A stretch of DNA of 64,000 nucleotides from Alphaproteobacteria bacterium (GCA_965227515.1 CBDDFZ010000001.1:2080001-2144000), one strand, 5' to 3'; counted from the stretch's first letter, positions 32,293-42,933 are shown. Numbers and translations are program-made. Notes: a model not told the origin generated them from the letters alone.

Positions 32293-32967
32293 CCCGGCCA
32301 ACAGCGAAGACCTGGATGCCGCCGCGCTCTATCGCCTGCTGAGCTGGCTGTCGCCGTCCTATCCGGTCAGCGCCTACAGCTTCAGCCACGGCCTGGAATG
32401 GGCCATCGAAGACCAGCCGTTGCGCGACCGTGCCGCTCTGCATGGCTGGATCGTGACCGTCCTGACCATGGGCAGCGGGCGCAATGACGCGATCCTGCTC
32501 GCGGCGGCATGGCGCGCAGCCGGCGACGGCGGCGCCCTGAACGCCTGCAACGATCTGGCCCTCGCGCTCGCCGGGTCCGCCGAGCGCCTGGAAGAGACCC
32601 GCACCCAGGGCCGCGCCTTCCTGGCCACCACCGAGGCGGCTTGGCCCGCCGATACGCCGAAGCTCGACCGCCAGCCCGCCTATCCGGTCGCGGTGGGCAT
32701 GATGGCCGCCGCCCACGGCATTCCGCTTCAACCCGTGCTGGTCGGCTACCTCCATGCCTTTGCCGCCAACCTTGTGTCGGCCGGGGTGCGGGCAATCCCG
32801 CTCGGCCAGACCGATGGCCAGCGCCTCACCGCCGACCTCGCGCCCGCCGTTGCCGCCGTCGCCGCCGAGGCGGCCGACGCCACGCTCGACGATATCGGCG
32901 GCTGCAGCTTCATCGCAGACATCGCCGCGATGGCCCACGAAACCCAGCAAGTAAGGTTGTTCCGTTC

Positions 32968-32971
<4 letters not shown>
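32276..32971 (+). CDS. ureF: Urease accessory protein UreF
   Basis: [27 protein letters not shown] and [11 protein letters not shown]. Confidence 0.95.
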
Positions 32972-33600
<629 letters not shown>

Positions 33601-33618
33601 CGGACCCCTAACCCTCCG

Positions 33619-33759
33619 CGACGCCCTCGGCCTTGTGCCGAGGGCCCATTTGTGGTGGTGACACCAACGTCGCCGTTGATGGCACTTCGGTTCGAGCATG
33701 TCCCAGATACACTTCGCACGGCCCATGAATAGGCCCTCGGCACAAGGCCGAGGGCGTCG
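33619..33759. repeat. REP doublet/MITE-like element, family B, copy 1
   Basis: Perfect terminal inverted repeat GACGCCCTCGGCCTTGTGCCGAGGGCC / GGCCCTCGGCACAAGGCCGAGGGCGTC; each arm is itself a hairpin. Confidence 0.85.
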
Positions 33760-33947
33760 ACCTATTCAGTTGTGCGCGGCACGACGAATGAACCAAACCG
33801 CCTGACCACACGACCTATCTGCCAGGTGCGCCTGGTTGTGCGCTACGTCACGAGGTTTCCATTTTCGTCATGGAGCCGTCGCGCGAGCGCCCAAATTGCC
33901 GACCACCTCGACACTACGACAATTTGTTCGCAGAGGGGTGGTTCAAC

Positions 33948-35243
33948 ATGGCAAGCGCGAAACAGCCTTCGCTGATGCGCAACAGGAGCTTCCAGGCGCT
34001 GTTCGGTGCCCAGTTCCTCGGCGCGTTCAACGACAACCTGTTCAAGATGATCGTGTCGCTGCTGGCCATCGACGCCGCCATCAGCACCGAGGGCGCGGGC
34101 GGCTTCCTGTCGATGACCGGTATCGTCTTCATCGTCCCCTATCTGCTGTTCTCCGGCTATGCCGGCTTCGCCGCCGACCGTTTCGGCAAGCGCACCGTCC
34201 TCGTCATCTCCAAGGCGAGCGAGGTTCTGGTGATGCTGCTGGCGCTGGCAGCGCTGGCGTTCGGCGACGTCTACGCCCTGCTCGGCGTGCTGTTCCTGAT
34301 GGCGACCCAGTCCACCTTCTTCGGTCCGGCCAAGTTCGGCGTGCTGCCGGAAATGCTGCCGGCCGGCCAATTGGCGCAGGCCAACGGCTATCTGGAGATG
34401 GGCCGCTACATCGCGGTGATCTTCGGCAGCGTCAGCGCCGGCGGCCTGATGGTGCTGCTGGGTGGCGAGCCCTTGATGCTCGGCGTGGTGCTGGTGGCGA
34501 TCGCGGTGCTGGGCGCCGTGGTCTGCCTGGCGGTGCGGGCGACCGAGGGCGTGCGCTCCACTGTGCCGTTCAGCCTGAACCCGATCGCCTCGATCAAGAC
34601 AGGCATCCGCCGCATCGCCGCCGACCGTCAGCTCCGCTTCGCGGTCATCGGCATCACCTTCTTCGAGACCCTGGCCGGCATTGTGATGATGACCGTGCTG
34701 TTGCTGGCCGACAAGCTGCTGGGCCTGGACGAGTTCGCATCGGGCATGATGCTGGCGCTGGCGGGCCTCGGCATCGGCATCGGCGCCGCCATTGCCGGCC
34801 GCCTGTCGGTGGGCCGCATCAACATGAACCTGGTGCCGTTCGCCACCGTCGGTGTCGCCGCCGCCCTGGTCGGGCTGTCCTATGCCGGCACCTCGGTGGT
34901 GCTGACCGCGCTTGCCATCGTGATGGTGGGTGTGTTTGGCGGCATGTTCCTGGTGCCTTTGAACGCGATGCTGCAGCACCGCGCCGCCGCCGCCGAGAAG
35001 GGGGTTACCATCAGCGCGTCGAACTTCCTGAACATGACCGGCGTGCTGGGCGGTTGCGGCTTTCTGTGGGTGCTGTGCGAGGTGTTCGCGGTGGCCCCGA
35101 ACCAGATCATCCTGATCTGCGGCCTGATCGCCATCGTCGCGGCGCTGCTGCAACTCGGCAACATCACCCGCATCATCGGTGGCTTTGCCAAGCGCGGTCG
35201 CCGCCCGACCGAGACCCTGCTGCTGGCCCCGCCTGCCGCCTGA
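33948..35243 (+). CDS. MFS transporter (LplT/Aas-type N-terminal MFS domain)
   Basis: QFLGAFNDNLFK, ADRFGKR and QSTFFGPAKFGVLPE; about 12 TM segments. Confidence 0.85.
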   Translation: MASAKQPSLMRNRSFQALFGAQFLGAFNDNLFKMIVSLLAIDAAISTEGAGGFLSMTGIVFIVPYLLFSGYAGFAADRFGKRTVLVISKASEVLVMLLALAALAFGDVYALLGVLFLMATQSTFFGPAKFGVLPEMLPAGQLAQANGYLEMGRYIAVIFGSVSAGGLMVLLGGEPLMLGVVLVAIAVLGAVVCLAVRATEGVRSTVPFSLNPIASIKTGIRRIAADRQLRFAVIGITFFETLAGIVMMTVLLLADKLLGLDEFASGMMLALAGLGIGIGAAIAGRLSVGRINMNLVPFATVGVAAALVGLSYAGTSVVLTALAIVMVGVFGGMFLVPLNAMLQHRAAAAEKGVTISASNFLNMTGVLGGCGFLWVLCEVFAVAPNQIILICGLIAIVAALLQLGNITRIIGGFAKRGRRPTETLLLAPPAA

Positions 35244-35244
35244 G

Positions 35245-36099
35245 CTAATACACATCCACGTGGATGTGGTCGTCGTGGCGGGCGGACCAGCAGCCGTGAT
35301 GGCCCATCGCCGGGCCGGAAATATCCCAGCGTTCCGCCAAGTGCGGCTCCAGTAGCAGCCGGGTGACGCCGAGTTGCGTGCCCTCGTTGACCAGCCAACG
35401 GATCATCTCCGCCGTGCGCGGCACGTCTACCGGATGGTCGGCGACGATGTCCTGGAACCAGCCGATATCGAGCCGGCGGTCGGCCAGCCGCTCTGCCGAA
35501 CAAGGTAGCCGCTCGCCGGGCCGTGCCTCCTCCACCGCGAAATAGCCCAGCCACCAGCGCGCCAGGCCGCGCTCGTACGCCCCGTCCTCGTTCTGGTAGA
35601 AGAAGGCGATGTCCAGCCGGCGGCCGTCGCCATGGGTGAAGTGCGGCGGCATTTGCAGGCGTGAGACGTCGAACGGGAAGCCGCCGTCCAAATATTGCAC
35701 CACGGTGCCGGGAAACGCCTGGTCCATGTGGTGGGCGAGCGCCGCCGTCACTTCGTCCAACGGCGGTTGCACGTAGTGGCGGTTGGTGGCGCAGTAAAAC
35801 ACGCTGAGCGCGCCATAGGGCAGATCGTCGGTGGCGATGCATTGCAGCGGCACCCGGCCATAGAGGGCGGCGAGCGGCGGCACCGCGAAAATTGCAATCA
35901 CGGCGTAGGTGGCCGCGAACGTCGCGAGCTTGGCGCCGCGGCGGCGCCAGGGGCGGCCACGCCAGGACCGTGGCATCAGCCGTGCCGCGATCCAGGTCAG
36001 CAGCATCGCGATGCCGCCGACCTGGGTCAGCACGGTCATGAGCACGAGCATGGCCAGCCAGAAAACCGGCCACAGCACAAATCGAGCGATGTATCGCAT
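35245..36099 (-). CDS. Membrane-anchored MepA/LAS-type zinc metallopeptidase-like protein
   Basis: N-terminal TM helices; PHFTHGDGRRLDI and C-terminal HDDHIHV zinc-ligand motifs. Confidence 0.7.
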   Translation of the reverse strand: MRYIARFVLWPVFWLAMLVLMTVLTQVGGIAMLLTWIAARLMPRSWRGRPWRRRGAKLATFAATYAVIAIFAVPPLAALYGRVPLQCIATDDLPYGALSVFYCATNRHYVQPPLDEVTAALAHHMDQAFPGTVVQYLDGGFPFDVSRLQMPPHFTHGDGRRLDIAFFYQNEDGAYERGLARWWLGYFAVEEARPGERLPCSAERLADRRLDIGWFQDIVADHPVDVPRTAEMIRWLVNEGTQLGVTRLLLEPHLAERWDISGPAMGHHGCWSARHDDHIHVDVY

Positions 36100-36343
36100 C
36101 GCGCGATGCTGCCGGCGGCGCCGGGCTGCCGCAACATCATCCAGCGGCCCCACGGGGCACATCGTTTCACGATCCCGTGGGTTTATGGTTGTGGCGCTGC
36201 CGAATATGTGGGCATCGAAACTGGCGATCCGGCCGGCGCAGGCGATAATGTCGCCATCGATGACCGTGCCGGCGATTCGCTCGCGAATATGGGGCCGGCG
36301 CAAGGGATGCAGCGGTCGCGGGCGGACCCGCGGCTGAGTTGAG

Positions 36344-37072
36344 GTGATCGTGACCTTCGGTGCACAGACATTGGATCGCCGGCGGCGTCGGCGCTCGGCG
36401 TGGCGTATTATTCAAGTCCTGCTGGTGCTGGTGGCGCCGCTTGCGACCTTCGGTGTCGGCTATGGCGTCGGCGACAAGCTGGAGGACAGCACGGTCGCCC
36501 AGTACAAGACCGAGATCGACGAGTTGCAGATGCAACTGCGCCGTTTGCAGCGCGAGCGCGACGGCATGATCCAGCAGGTCACCACCGCGCAGGCCAACGA
36601 GCAGCAGTGGCAGCAGCGCTATCAGGCCGACGTGCCGACCGGCCAGCGCCTGGACCTGATGAACCTGATCGACGAGCAGCTGCGCGCCGGCGTCGATGTC
36701 GGGCGCCTGTCGCGCTTCATCGTCGCGGCGGCGGCCACCCGTGACTGCGAATCGCCGGATACCAAACGGTTCTTCATCCAGACGCCGTCGACGCCGTCGG
36801 CCCGCCAGGCCATCACATTCGGCGGCGGGGCGGTGACGGTGACCGGCGACGGCGCCGCGGCGGAGGGGGACAATGGCGGCGCGCTGGCCTATTTCGACCA
36901 GACAAAGCCGATCACCATGACGTTCACGCTGATCGGCGGCCAACGGTTCGAGGCGCAGGGCGTGCTGCCCGTCCACACTTCCGTCCTGGTCGGCCAGGAC
37001 GAAATGCGCTTCACCGTGATCGAGAACGAACTGCGCGGCTATGTGCAGGTGAGCGCGGCGATCTGCAAGTAG
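36344..37072 (+). CDS. Hypothetical type II membrane protein with a coiled coil
   Basis: Poly-Arg, one TM segment, a Q/E-rich coiled coil and a beta-rich C-terminus; GAGGTG at the start. Confidence 0.7.
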   Translation: MIVTFGAQTLDRRRRRRSAWRIIQVLLVLVAPLATFGVGYGVGDKLEDSTVAQYKTEIDELQMQLRRLQRERDGMIQQVTTAQANEQQWQQRYQADVPTGQRLDLMNLIDEQLRAGVDVGRLSRFIVAAAATRDCESPDTKRFFIQTPSTPSARQAITFGGGAVTVTGDGAAAEGDNGGALAYFDQTKPITMTFTLIGGQRFEAQGVLPVHTSVLVGQDEMRFTVIENELRGYVQVSAAICK

Positions 37073-37206
37073 AAGACGACCGCGCGCCGGCGGTCGCAAC
37101 CCTGGAAAGCAACTGAGGCGTTTTCAGCCCGGCAAAAACCCTCTAGGTTTTTGGCGCGATCCTAAATTCGCCAATCACAATGAAATTGAAACGGGGAGAA
37201 AACGGC

Positions 37207-38244
37207 ATGAATGGGAAGCTTTTGCTCGCAAGCACGGCGGTCGCCGCCGTCATGATGGCGGGCCCGGCCAGCGCGGAGCGGGTGCGCTGGGACATGGGCA
37301 GCGCCTTCGCCGGCACGTTGACCCAGCTCGGCACGCTGGGCGTGGCGTTGACGGAGAAGCTGGAGGCGGTCAGCGGCGGCGAGATCGAGGTCACGTTCTA
37401 CGATCCGGGCGCACTGGTGCCGCCGTTCGAGATGTTCGACGCGGTTGCCCAGGGTTCGCTGGACGCGGCGTGGTCGACCTCCGGCTACTGGACCGGCAAG
37501 GACCCCACCTTCGCCATGTTCTCGGCCATTCCGTTCGGTCCATCGTCGGGTGAGTACCTGGCCTGGATCTATTATGGCGGCGGCCTGGAGCTGTGGGACG
37601 AGCTGTATGCGTCGTACGGCCTGAAGTCGATTCCGTGCGGCATCATCGCGCCAGAGGCGTCGGGCTGGTTCCGCAACGAGATCACCTCGGCTGAGGACCT
37701 GAACGGCCTGAAGATGCGCTTCTTCGGCCTCGGTGCACGCGTCATGGAACGCCTGGGCGTGTCCACCCAGTTGCTGCCCGGCGGCGAAATTTTCCAGGCG
37801 CTGGAGCTTGGCACCATCGACGCGACCGAGTTCTCGATGCCGGCCATCGACCTGAATCTGGGCTTCTTCCAGGTGGCGAGCCACTACTACTTCCCGGGCT
37901 GGCACCAGCAGTCGACCGTGTTCGAATTCATGGTCAACCGCGACGTCTGGGACGGCCTGGAAGACCAGACCAAGGCCATCATCGAAGTGGTCTGCGGCGA
38001 CAACATCCGCGAGGGCCTGGCCGAAGGCGAGGCGATCCAGTTCGCCGCGTTGCAGGAGCTGCAGGCCAATGGCGTGACCATCCACCGCTGGCCGCAGGAA
38101 ATCCTCGACCGCCTGGAATCCGAATGGCAAGCGGTGGCGACGGAGCTGGCCGGTGAGAGCGAGACCTTCTCGAAGGTCTATGAGTCCTACACCGCCTTCC
38201 GCGACAACTACGACATCTGGCAAGACCTGGGTTATCTCGACTAG
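37207..38244 (+). CDS. dctP: TRAP transporter substrate-binding protein (TakP-like)
   Basis: Signal peptide; YWTGK, IPFG, GWFRNEI, GLKMR, IDATEFSMP and YYFPGWHQ. Confidence 0.93.
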   Translation: MNGKLLLASTAVAAVMMAGPASAERVRWDMGSAFAGTLTQLGTLGVALTEKLEAVSGGEIEVTFYDPGALVPPFEMFDAVAQGSLDAAWSTSGYWTGKDPTFAMFSAIPFGPSSGEYLAWIYYGGGLELWDELYASYGLKSIPCGIIAPEASGWFRNEITSAEDLNGLKMRFFGLGARVMERLGVSTQLLPGGEIFQALELGTIDATEFSMPAIDLNLGFFQVASHYYFPGWHQQSTVFEFMVNRDVWDGLEDQTKAIIEVVCGDNIREGLAEGEAIQFAALQELQANGVTIHRWPQEILDRLESEWQAVATELAGESETFSKVYESYTAFRDNYDIWQDLGYLD

Positions 38245-38380
38245 GTGGCGTGCGTGCGGCCGTCCGGCGTGTGCTCGGCCGGCCGCACCCGCGTGAGATA
38301 GCCTGCCGTCGCGGGTGATCGCCTGGGCGAGGCTTGGCCTCGTCCGGGCGGCCCGCTTGCACAGCTGGTTGAGCTAGGTC

Positions 38381-39274
38381 ATGCCGTTCCAACAAACCCT
38401 CGACACGTTCTTCGAGAACCTGGTTCTCGACGTGAACTTTGCGCTCGGCCCATCGATCGCGTGGCTGTTCGCCTATGTCATGATCTTCTGTGCCGCCATT
38501 GCGGCTGGCGCGGTCTCGACCGACCGAACGACGTGGGTGCGGCGCGCCGCCATCGCGGTCGGCATCGGGGTCGCCGCGGCATGCGTGGCCGAGTTTGCGG
38601 TGGTGGGCGAGACCAACAACTGGCTGCACTGGGGCTTTGCCGTGGTGCTCAGCGCCGGGCTCGGCGTCGGCTTCGCCTATGCCGGGGCTGGCGGGATGCT
38701 GGCAATGTCGCGCGGCCTGGACGCCATCGTGGTGGCCCTGGGCAAGTTTGGTGCCTGGATCATGGTGCCGCTGGTGCTGGTGATCCTGATCGACATCATC
38801 CTGGTGCGTAAACTGGGCGTGGAGCTTCCGTTCTTCACCTCCACAAAGCTGCAGGAGCTGGAATGGCACCTGCACACGGTGATTTTCGCGCTCGGCTTCG
38901 GCTTTGCCTACATCGCCAACGCCCATGTCCGGGTCGATCTGGTCCGCGAGAAGTTGAAGCCGCGCCGCCAGCAATGGATCGAGGTCGTCGGCTGCGTAAT
39001 GCTGATGGTGCCCTATTGCGGGCTGGTGCTGATGGTGACGGTGGAGTTTGCCGCGCGCTCCTACGACCAGGGCGAGGTGTCGCCGGCGATGACCGGGCTG
39101 TCGCACCGCTGGATCATCAAGGCGTTCCTGCCGGCCGGTTTCCTGATCGCCACGCTGTCGGCGCTGGCGGTACTGACCCGCAGGCTGATCACGCTGTTCG
39201 CGCCGGCCGATATCGTTGCCGCTACCGAACGGCATGAGGCGCGGGAAATCGTCGCCATGTCGAAGTCGGACTAG
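38381..39274 (+). CDS. dctQ: TRAP small permease with an N-terminal extension
   Basis: LQELEWHL, HVRVDL and GEVS...GL..RWIIK; about 110 extra N-terminal residues. Confidence 0.88.
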   Translation: MPFQQTLDTFFENLVLDVNFALGPSIAWLFAYVMIFCAAIAAGAVSTDRTTWVRRAAIAVGIGVAAACVAEFAVVGETNNWLHWGFAVVLSAGLGVGFAYAGAGGMLAMSRGLDAIVVALGKFGAWIMVPLVLVILIDIILVRKLGVELPFFTSTKLQELEWHLHTVIFALGFGFAYIANAHVRVDLVREKLKPRRQQWIEVVGCVMLMVPYCGLVLMVTVEFAARSYDQGEVSPAMTGLSHRWIIKAFLPAGFLIATLSALAVLTRRLITLFAPADIVAATERHEAREIVAMSKSD

Positions 39275-39286
39275 GTAGGCCGGGAA

Positions 39287-40699
39287 ATGGAGATATTCGG
39301 CATCTACGCGGCCGACCTGCTGGCGCCGCTGATGTTCCTGGCGCTCGGGTTCTTCCTGTTCTCCGGCTACCCGGTGGCGATGGTGCTGGCCGGGGTCGCG
39401 ATCTATTTCGCGCTCATCGCCTATGGGCTGGACGCTTACAACCTGGCCAAGTTCAAGGCGCTGTCGAACCGCATCTGGGGGCAGATCGCCGAGAACCAGG
39501 TGCTGGTCGCCATCCCCATGTTCATCTTCATGGGCACGATGCTGGAGAAGAGCGGCGTCGCCCGCGACCTGCTGAACTGCCTGAACATCCTGCTGCGGCG
39601 GGTGCCGGGCGGGTTGGCGATGGCGGTGTCGTTGCTTGGCACCATCATGGCCGCGACCACCGGCATCATCGGCGCGTCGGTGGTGATGCTGACGCTGATG
39701 GCGCTGCCGGTGATGGCGCAGGGCGGCTATTCCAAGAAGCTCGCCACCGGCACCATCGCCGCCTCCGGCACGCTGGGCATCCTGATCCCGCCGTCGATCA
39801 TGCTGGTGATCATGGCCGACCTGCTGTCGGTCACTGTCGGCAATCTGTTCGTCGCCGCCATCGTGCCGGGCCTGGTGTTGGCCGTGGTCTACATCATCTA
39901 CATCGGCGTGTTGAGCGCTCTCAGGCCCGATATGGCGCCGCCGATCCCCGACGACCATGGGCCGGACTCCGGCGGTGAGCTGGCGCTGATGGTGCTGAAG
40001 AGCTTCCTGCCGCCGGTGTTCCTCATCGTGCTTGTGCTGGGCTCGATCTTCATCGGCTTTGCCACCCCGACCGAAGCGTCCGGCGTGGGTGCGGCCGGTG
40101 CCATGCTGCTTGCCGCCTTCAATCGCCGGCTCACCCTCGCCACCCTGCGCGAGGTCGTCTATCGCTCGGCCCTGACCAACGGCATGCTGTTCTTCATCTT
40201 CGTTGGTGCCACCGCGTTCTCCTATGTCTTCCGCACCCTGGGTGGCGACGATCTGGTCATCGACTTCATGGAGTCGATGGGCTTCGGTCCGTGGGGCGTG
40301 CTGATCCTGGTGATGGCGGTTGTCTTCGTCCTGGGCTTCTTCTTCGACTGGATCGAGATCACCCTGATCGTGCTGCCGGTGTTCGCGCCCATCATCGCCG
40401 GGCTGGATTTCGGCGACCATGTGGACTCCGTCCTGCCCAACGCGGTCACCTACTGGTTCGCCATTCTGATGGCGATCAACCTGCAAACCTCGTTCCTGAC
40501 GCCACCGTTCGGATTCGCCCTGTTCTACATGAAGGGGGTGTCGCCCAAGGGTGTGACGCTGAAGGACATCTATCTCGGCATCATCCCGTTCGTCGGGCTG
40601 CAGCTCATTGTGTTGGCCCTGGCCCTCGCCTTCCCGTGGATTTCCCTCGGCCTGGCCGAGTATTACTACGAGCTGACCACCGGCATCGGTGGCGGTTAG
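39287..40699 (+). CDS. dctM: TRAP large permease
   Basis: AIPMFIFMG, GTLGILIPPS, ATPTEAS and LTPPFG. Confidence 0.95.
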   Translation: MEIFGIYAADLLAPLMFLALGFFLFSGYPVAMVLAGVAIYFALIAYGLDAYNLAKFKALSNRIWGQIAENQVLVAIPMFIFMGTMLEKSGVARDLLNCLNILLRRVPGGLAMAVSLLGTIMAATTGIIGASVVMLTLMALPVMAQGGYSKKLATGTIAASGTLGILIPPSIMLVIMADLLSVTVGNLFVAAIVPGLVLAVVYIIYIGVLSALRPDMAPPIPDDHGPDSGGELALMVLKSFLPPVFLIVLVLGSIFIGFATPTEASGVGAAGAMLLAAFNRRLTLATLREVVYRSALTNGMLFFIFVGATAFSYVFRTLGGDDLVIDFMESMGFGPWGVLILVMAVVFVLGFFFDWIEITLIVLPVFAPIIAGLDFGDHVDSVLPNAVTYWFAILMAINLQTSFLTPPFGFALFYMKGVSPKGVTLKDIYLGIIPFVGLQLIVLALALAFPWISLGLAEYYYELTTGIGGG

Positions 40700-40728
40700 C
40701 ACGCAAGATTCTCCGGGGAGGAAGTAAG

Positions 40729-41859
40729 ATGCCGAAACTTTTTGGCCGCGGTTTCACGCGCCGTGACCTGGCGCGCCAGTTCGGCGACTCAGCCCAGATC
40801 TTCGGGGTGCGGCTGGTCACGGCCGAGAACGGGGCCGAGCGCGGCGTGCGCATGCTCCAGTTCAACACCGGCGGCGGCTTCCGCTTCGACGTCATGGTCG
40901 ACCGCTGCATGGATATCGGCGGCATGTGGCGCGGCCACGCCGCCGTCGGCTGGCATTCCCCGACCGGATTCCGCAATCCATGGCTGCACGAGGTGGATGC
41001 CGAGGGTGGGCTTGGCTTCCTGCGCTCGTTCTCCGGCTTCATGAACACCTGCGGTTTCGACCACGTCATGGGCCAGACCGAGGAGGACGCGGAGCACTAC
41101 GACTACCCCTACCGCGCCAAGATCTTTCACGGCATCCATGGCCGGGCGAGCTACATCCCGGCGCAGCTCATCGGCTACGGCGCGGCCTGGGACGGCGACG
41201 ATTGCACCCTCTGGGCCGAGGCCAAGGTGCGCCAGGCGACCATGTTCGGCGAGAATCTGGAGCTGACCCGGCGGATCGAGGCCAAGGTCGGCGGCAATTC
41301 GGTCACCGTGCGCGACCGGGTGGAGAACGTCGGCTTCCTGAAGACGCCCCACATGCTGCTCTACCACGTCAACATCGGCTGGCCGGTGCTGGACGAGGGG
41401 GCTGAGATCGTGGCCCCGGTCGCCGATACCGTGTTCTACGCCCACGACACCAGCCTGACCGACATCGGCTACCGCACCCAGCCGGGCCCGCAGGCGAAGT
41501 TCCGCGAGCAGGTCTACGAGCACGACATGGCGACCGACGGCAACGGCATCGTGCCTGCGGCCCTGGTCAACCGCGGCTTCGATTGGGGCGGCGCCAAGGG
41601 GCTCGCCTTCCTTATGGAATACCGCAAGGACCAGCTGCCGGCGCTGTGGCAGTGGCAGAACTTGCAGGAAGGCAACTACGTCATGGGCATCGAGCCCGCG
41701 ACGATCCACGCCGGCACCCGCCAGGAGCACAAGGACCGCGGTGAGGTCCGCTGGCTGGAGCACGGCGACGGCTGCGACTACGAACTCACCTTCTCCGCGC
41801 TGGCCGGCGAGGCGGAGTTGCAGGCCCTCGACGACCGGGTGGCCAAGATCGGGGGGTAG
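40729..41859 (+). CDS. Aldose 1-epimerase-like (DUF4432) protein
   Basis: DRCMDI, GFMNTCG, HGR, YHVNIGWP and GIEP. Confidence 0.85.
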   Translation: MPKLFGRGFTRRDLARQFGDSAQIFGVRLVTAENGAERGVRMLQFNTGGGFRFDVMVDRCMDIGGMWRGHAAVGWHSPTGFRNPWLHEVDAEGGLGFLRSFSGFMNTCGFDHVMGQTEEDAEHYDYPYRAKIFHGIHGRASYIPAQLIGYGAAWDGDDCTLWAEAKVRQATMFGENLELTRRIEAKVGGNSVTVRDRVENVGFLKTPHMLLYHVNIGWPVLDEGAEIVAPVADTVFYAHDTSLTDIGYRTQPGPQAKFREQVYEHDMATDGNGIVPAALVNRGFDWGGAKGLAFLMEYRKDQLPALWQWQNLQEGNYVMGIEPATIHAGTRQEHKDRGEVRWLEHGDGCDYELTFSALAGEAELQALDDRVAKIGG

Positions 41860-41893
41860 GGGTCTTTTCCCGTTCCGTCATGCGAGTTCTTCT

Positions 41894-42121
41894 CCTCTCC
41901 CCGCCGCGAAGCGGTGCGGGAGAGGAAGGGGCCCAGCCGCAGGCTGGGAAGGTGAGGGGTATGGCACGATCGTTCGCGAACTGACGGTGTCGAGGGCAAG
42001 AGGACGACGTTCTTGTCCGCAGTGCGGCGTGGTTGCATCCACCGCCAACTGACCCTCACCCTCCCGCAAACCTGCGGTTCGCGGGCCCCTCCCTCTCCCG
42101 AGCGTGCCGCTGGGAGAGGGG
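41894..42121. repeat. Inverted pair of CCTCTCCC/GGGAGAGG composite palindromic elements (family C) between convergent genes
   Basis: Left arm CCTCTCCC..GGGAGAGG..GGGCCC..GGTGAGGG; right arm CCCTCACC..GGGCCC..CCTCTCCC..GGGAGAGG. Confidence 0.75.
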
Positions 42122-42192
42122 ACAACGAGCCACGCCGCAAGATGTGTGAATCCAGTAGCTACAAGGGCGAGCACGGCGGCATTCTTGGATTT

Positions 42193-42933
42193 TCAGCCCA
42201 ACGCCCCGCCATCCCGCAGCACGGCGTCGGCGGCGGCGGTGTAGCTGCCGTCGGGCGCGTGCAGCATCAGCCCCGGCTGCAAACTGAAGGGCGCGCGCAC
42301 GCCCTTGCGCGCGGTCACGATCACCCGGCGGGCCGGCTCGCCCGCCTTCGGCCAGATCGGCAGCACCGAGATGCCACCGGCGCCATGGGCGCGGAGGGCC
42401 GCGATCGCCTCGTCCAGCCGGTCGGCCCGGTGCACCAGGCTCAGCCCGCGCTTGCGCGGCAGGTGGCTGAGCGCGATCGCAATCCAGCCATCGAGGTCCG
42501 GCGTGTCCTCCACGTCCGCCGCGGCGCGGCCCGCATGGGGCGAGGGATGGCCATGGTCGGCGGGCAGGTAGGGCGGGTTGAGGGTGACGTGGTCGACGGG
42601 CCGGCCAATGGCCGCGGCAGCCACGTCTACGACGTCGCCCGCGATAACTGCCATCCGGTCCGCCCAGCCATTCAGCGCGGCATTCTCGCGGGCCAGTTCG
42701 GCGATCCCGGGGTCGCGCTCGATGCCGGTGACCGCGACGTCCGCCCGCCGCGCCAGCAGGCACAGCGCCACCGCGCCGGTGCCGGTGCCCAGGTCCAGCA
42801 CATGGGCGTTCGGCGGCGGGTCGGCGGCGGCGGCCAGCAGCACAGGGTCGACGGCGGCGCGATAGCCCTCCGCCGGCTGGCGCAGCCGCACCCGGCCGCC
42901 CAGCAGCGCATCCTCGGTCGTGGCAATCGCCAA
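42193..42933 (-). CDS. tRNA1(Val) adenine-N6 methyltransferase-like (YfiC/TrmN6)
   Basis: QPAEGYRAAVDPVLLA, LDLGTGTG, LNPPY and HRADRL; TTG start assumed. Confidence 0.85.
   Translation of the reverse strand: MAIATTEDALLGGRVRLRQPAEGYRAAVDPVLLAAAADPPPNAHVLDLGTGTGAVALCLLARRADVAVTGIERDPGIAELARENAALNGWADRMAVIAGDVVDVAAAAIGRPVDHVTLNPPYLPADHGHPSPHAGRAAADVEDTPDLDGWIAIALSHLPRKRGLSLVHRADRLDEAIAALRAHGAGGISVLPIWPKAGEPARRVIVTARKGVRAPFSLQPGLMLHAPDGSYTAAADAVLRDGGALG

Noticed and set aside
37979-40702. 907-aa minus-strand ORF and similar long ORFs (8332-10404, 14492-16735, 29379-31169, 50502-52361, 58831-61161)
   Set aside because: Stop-poor antisense frames of GC3-rich genes with no recognisable motifs.
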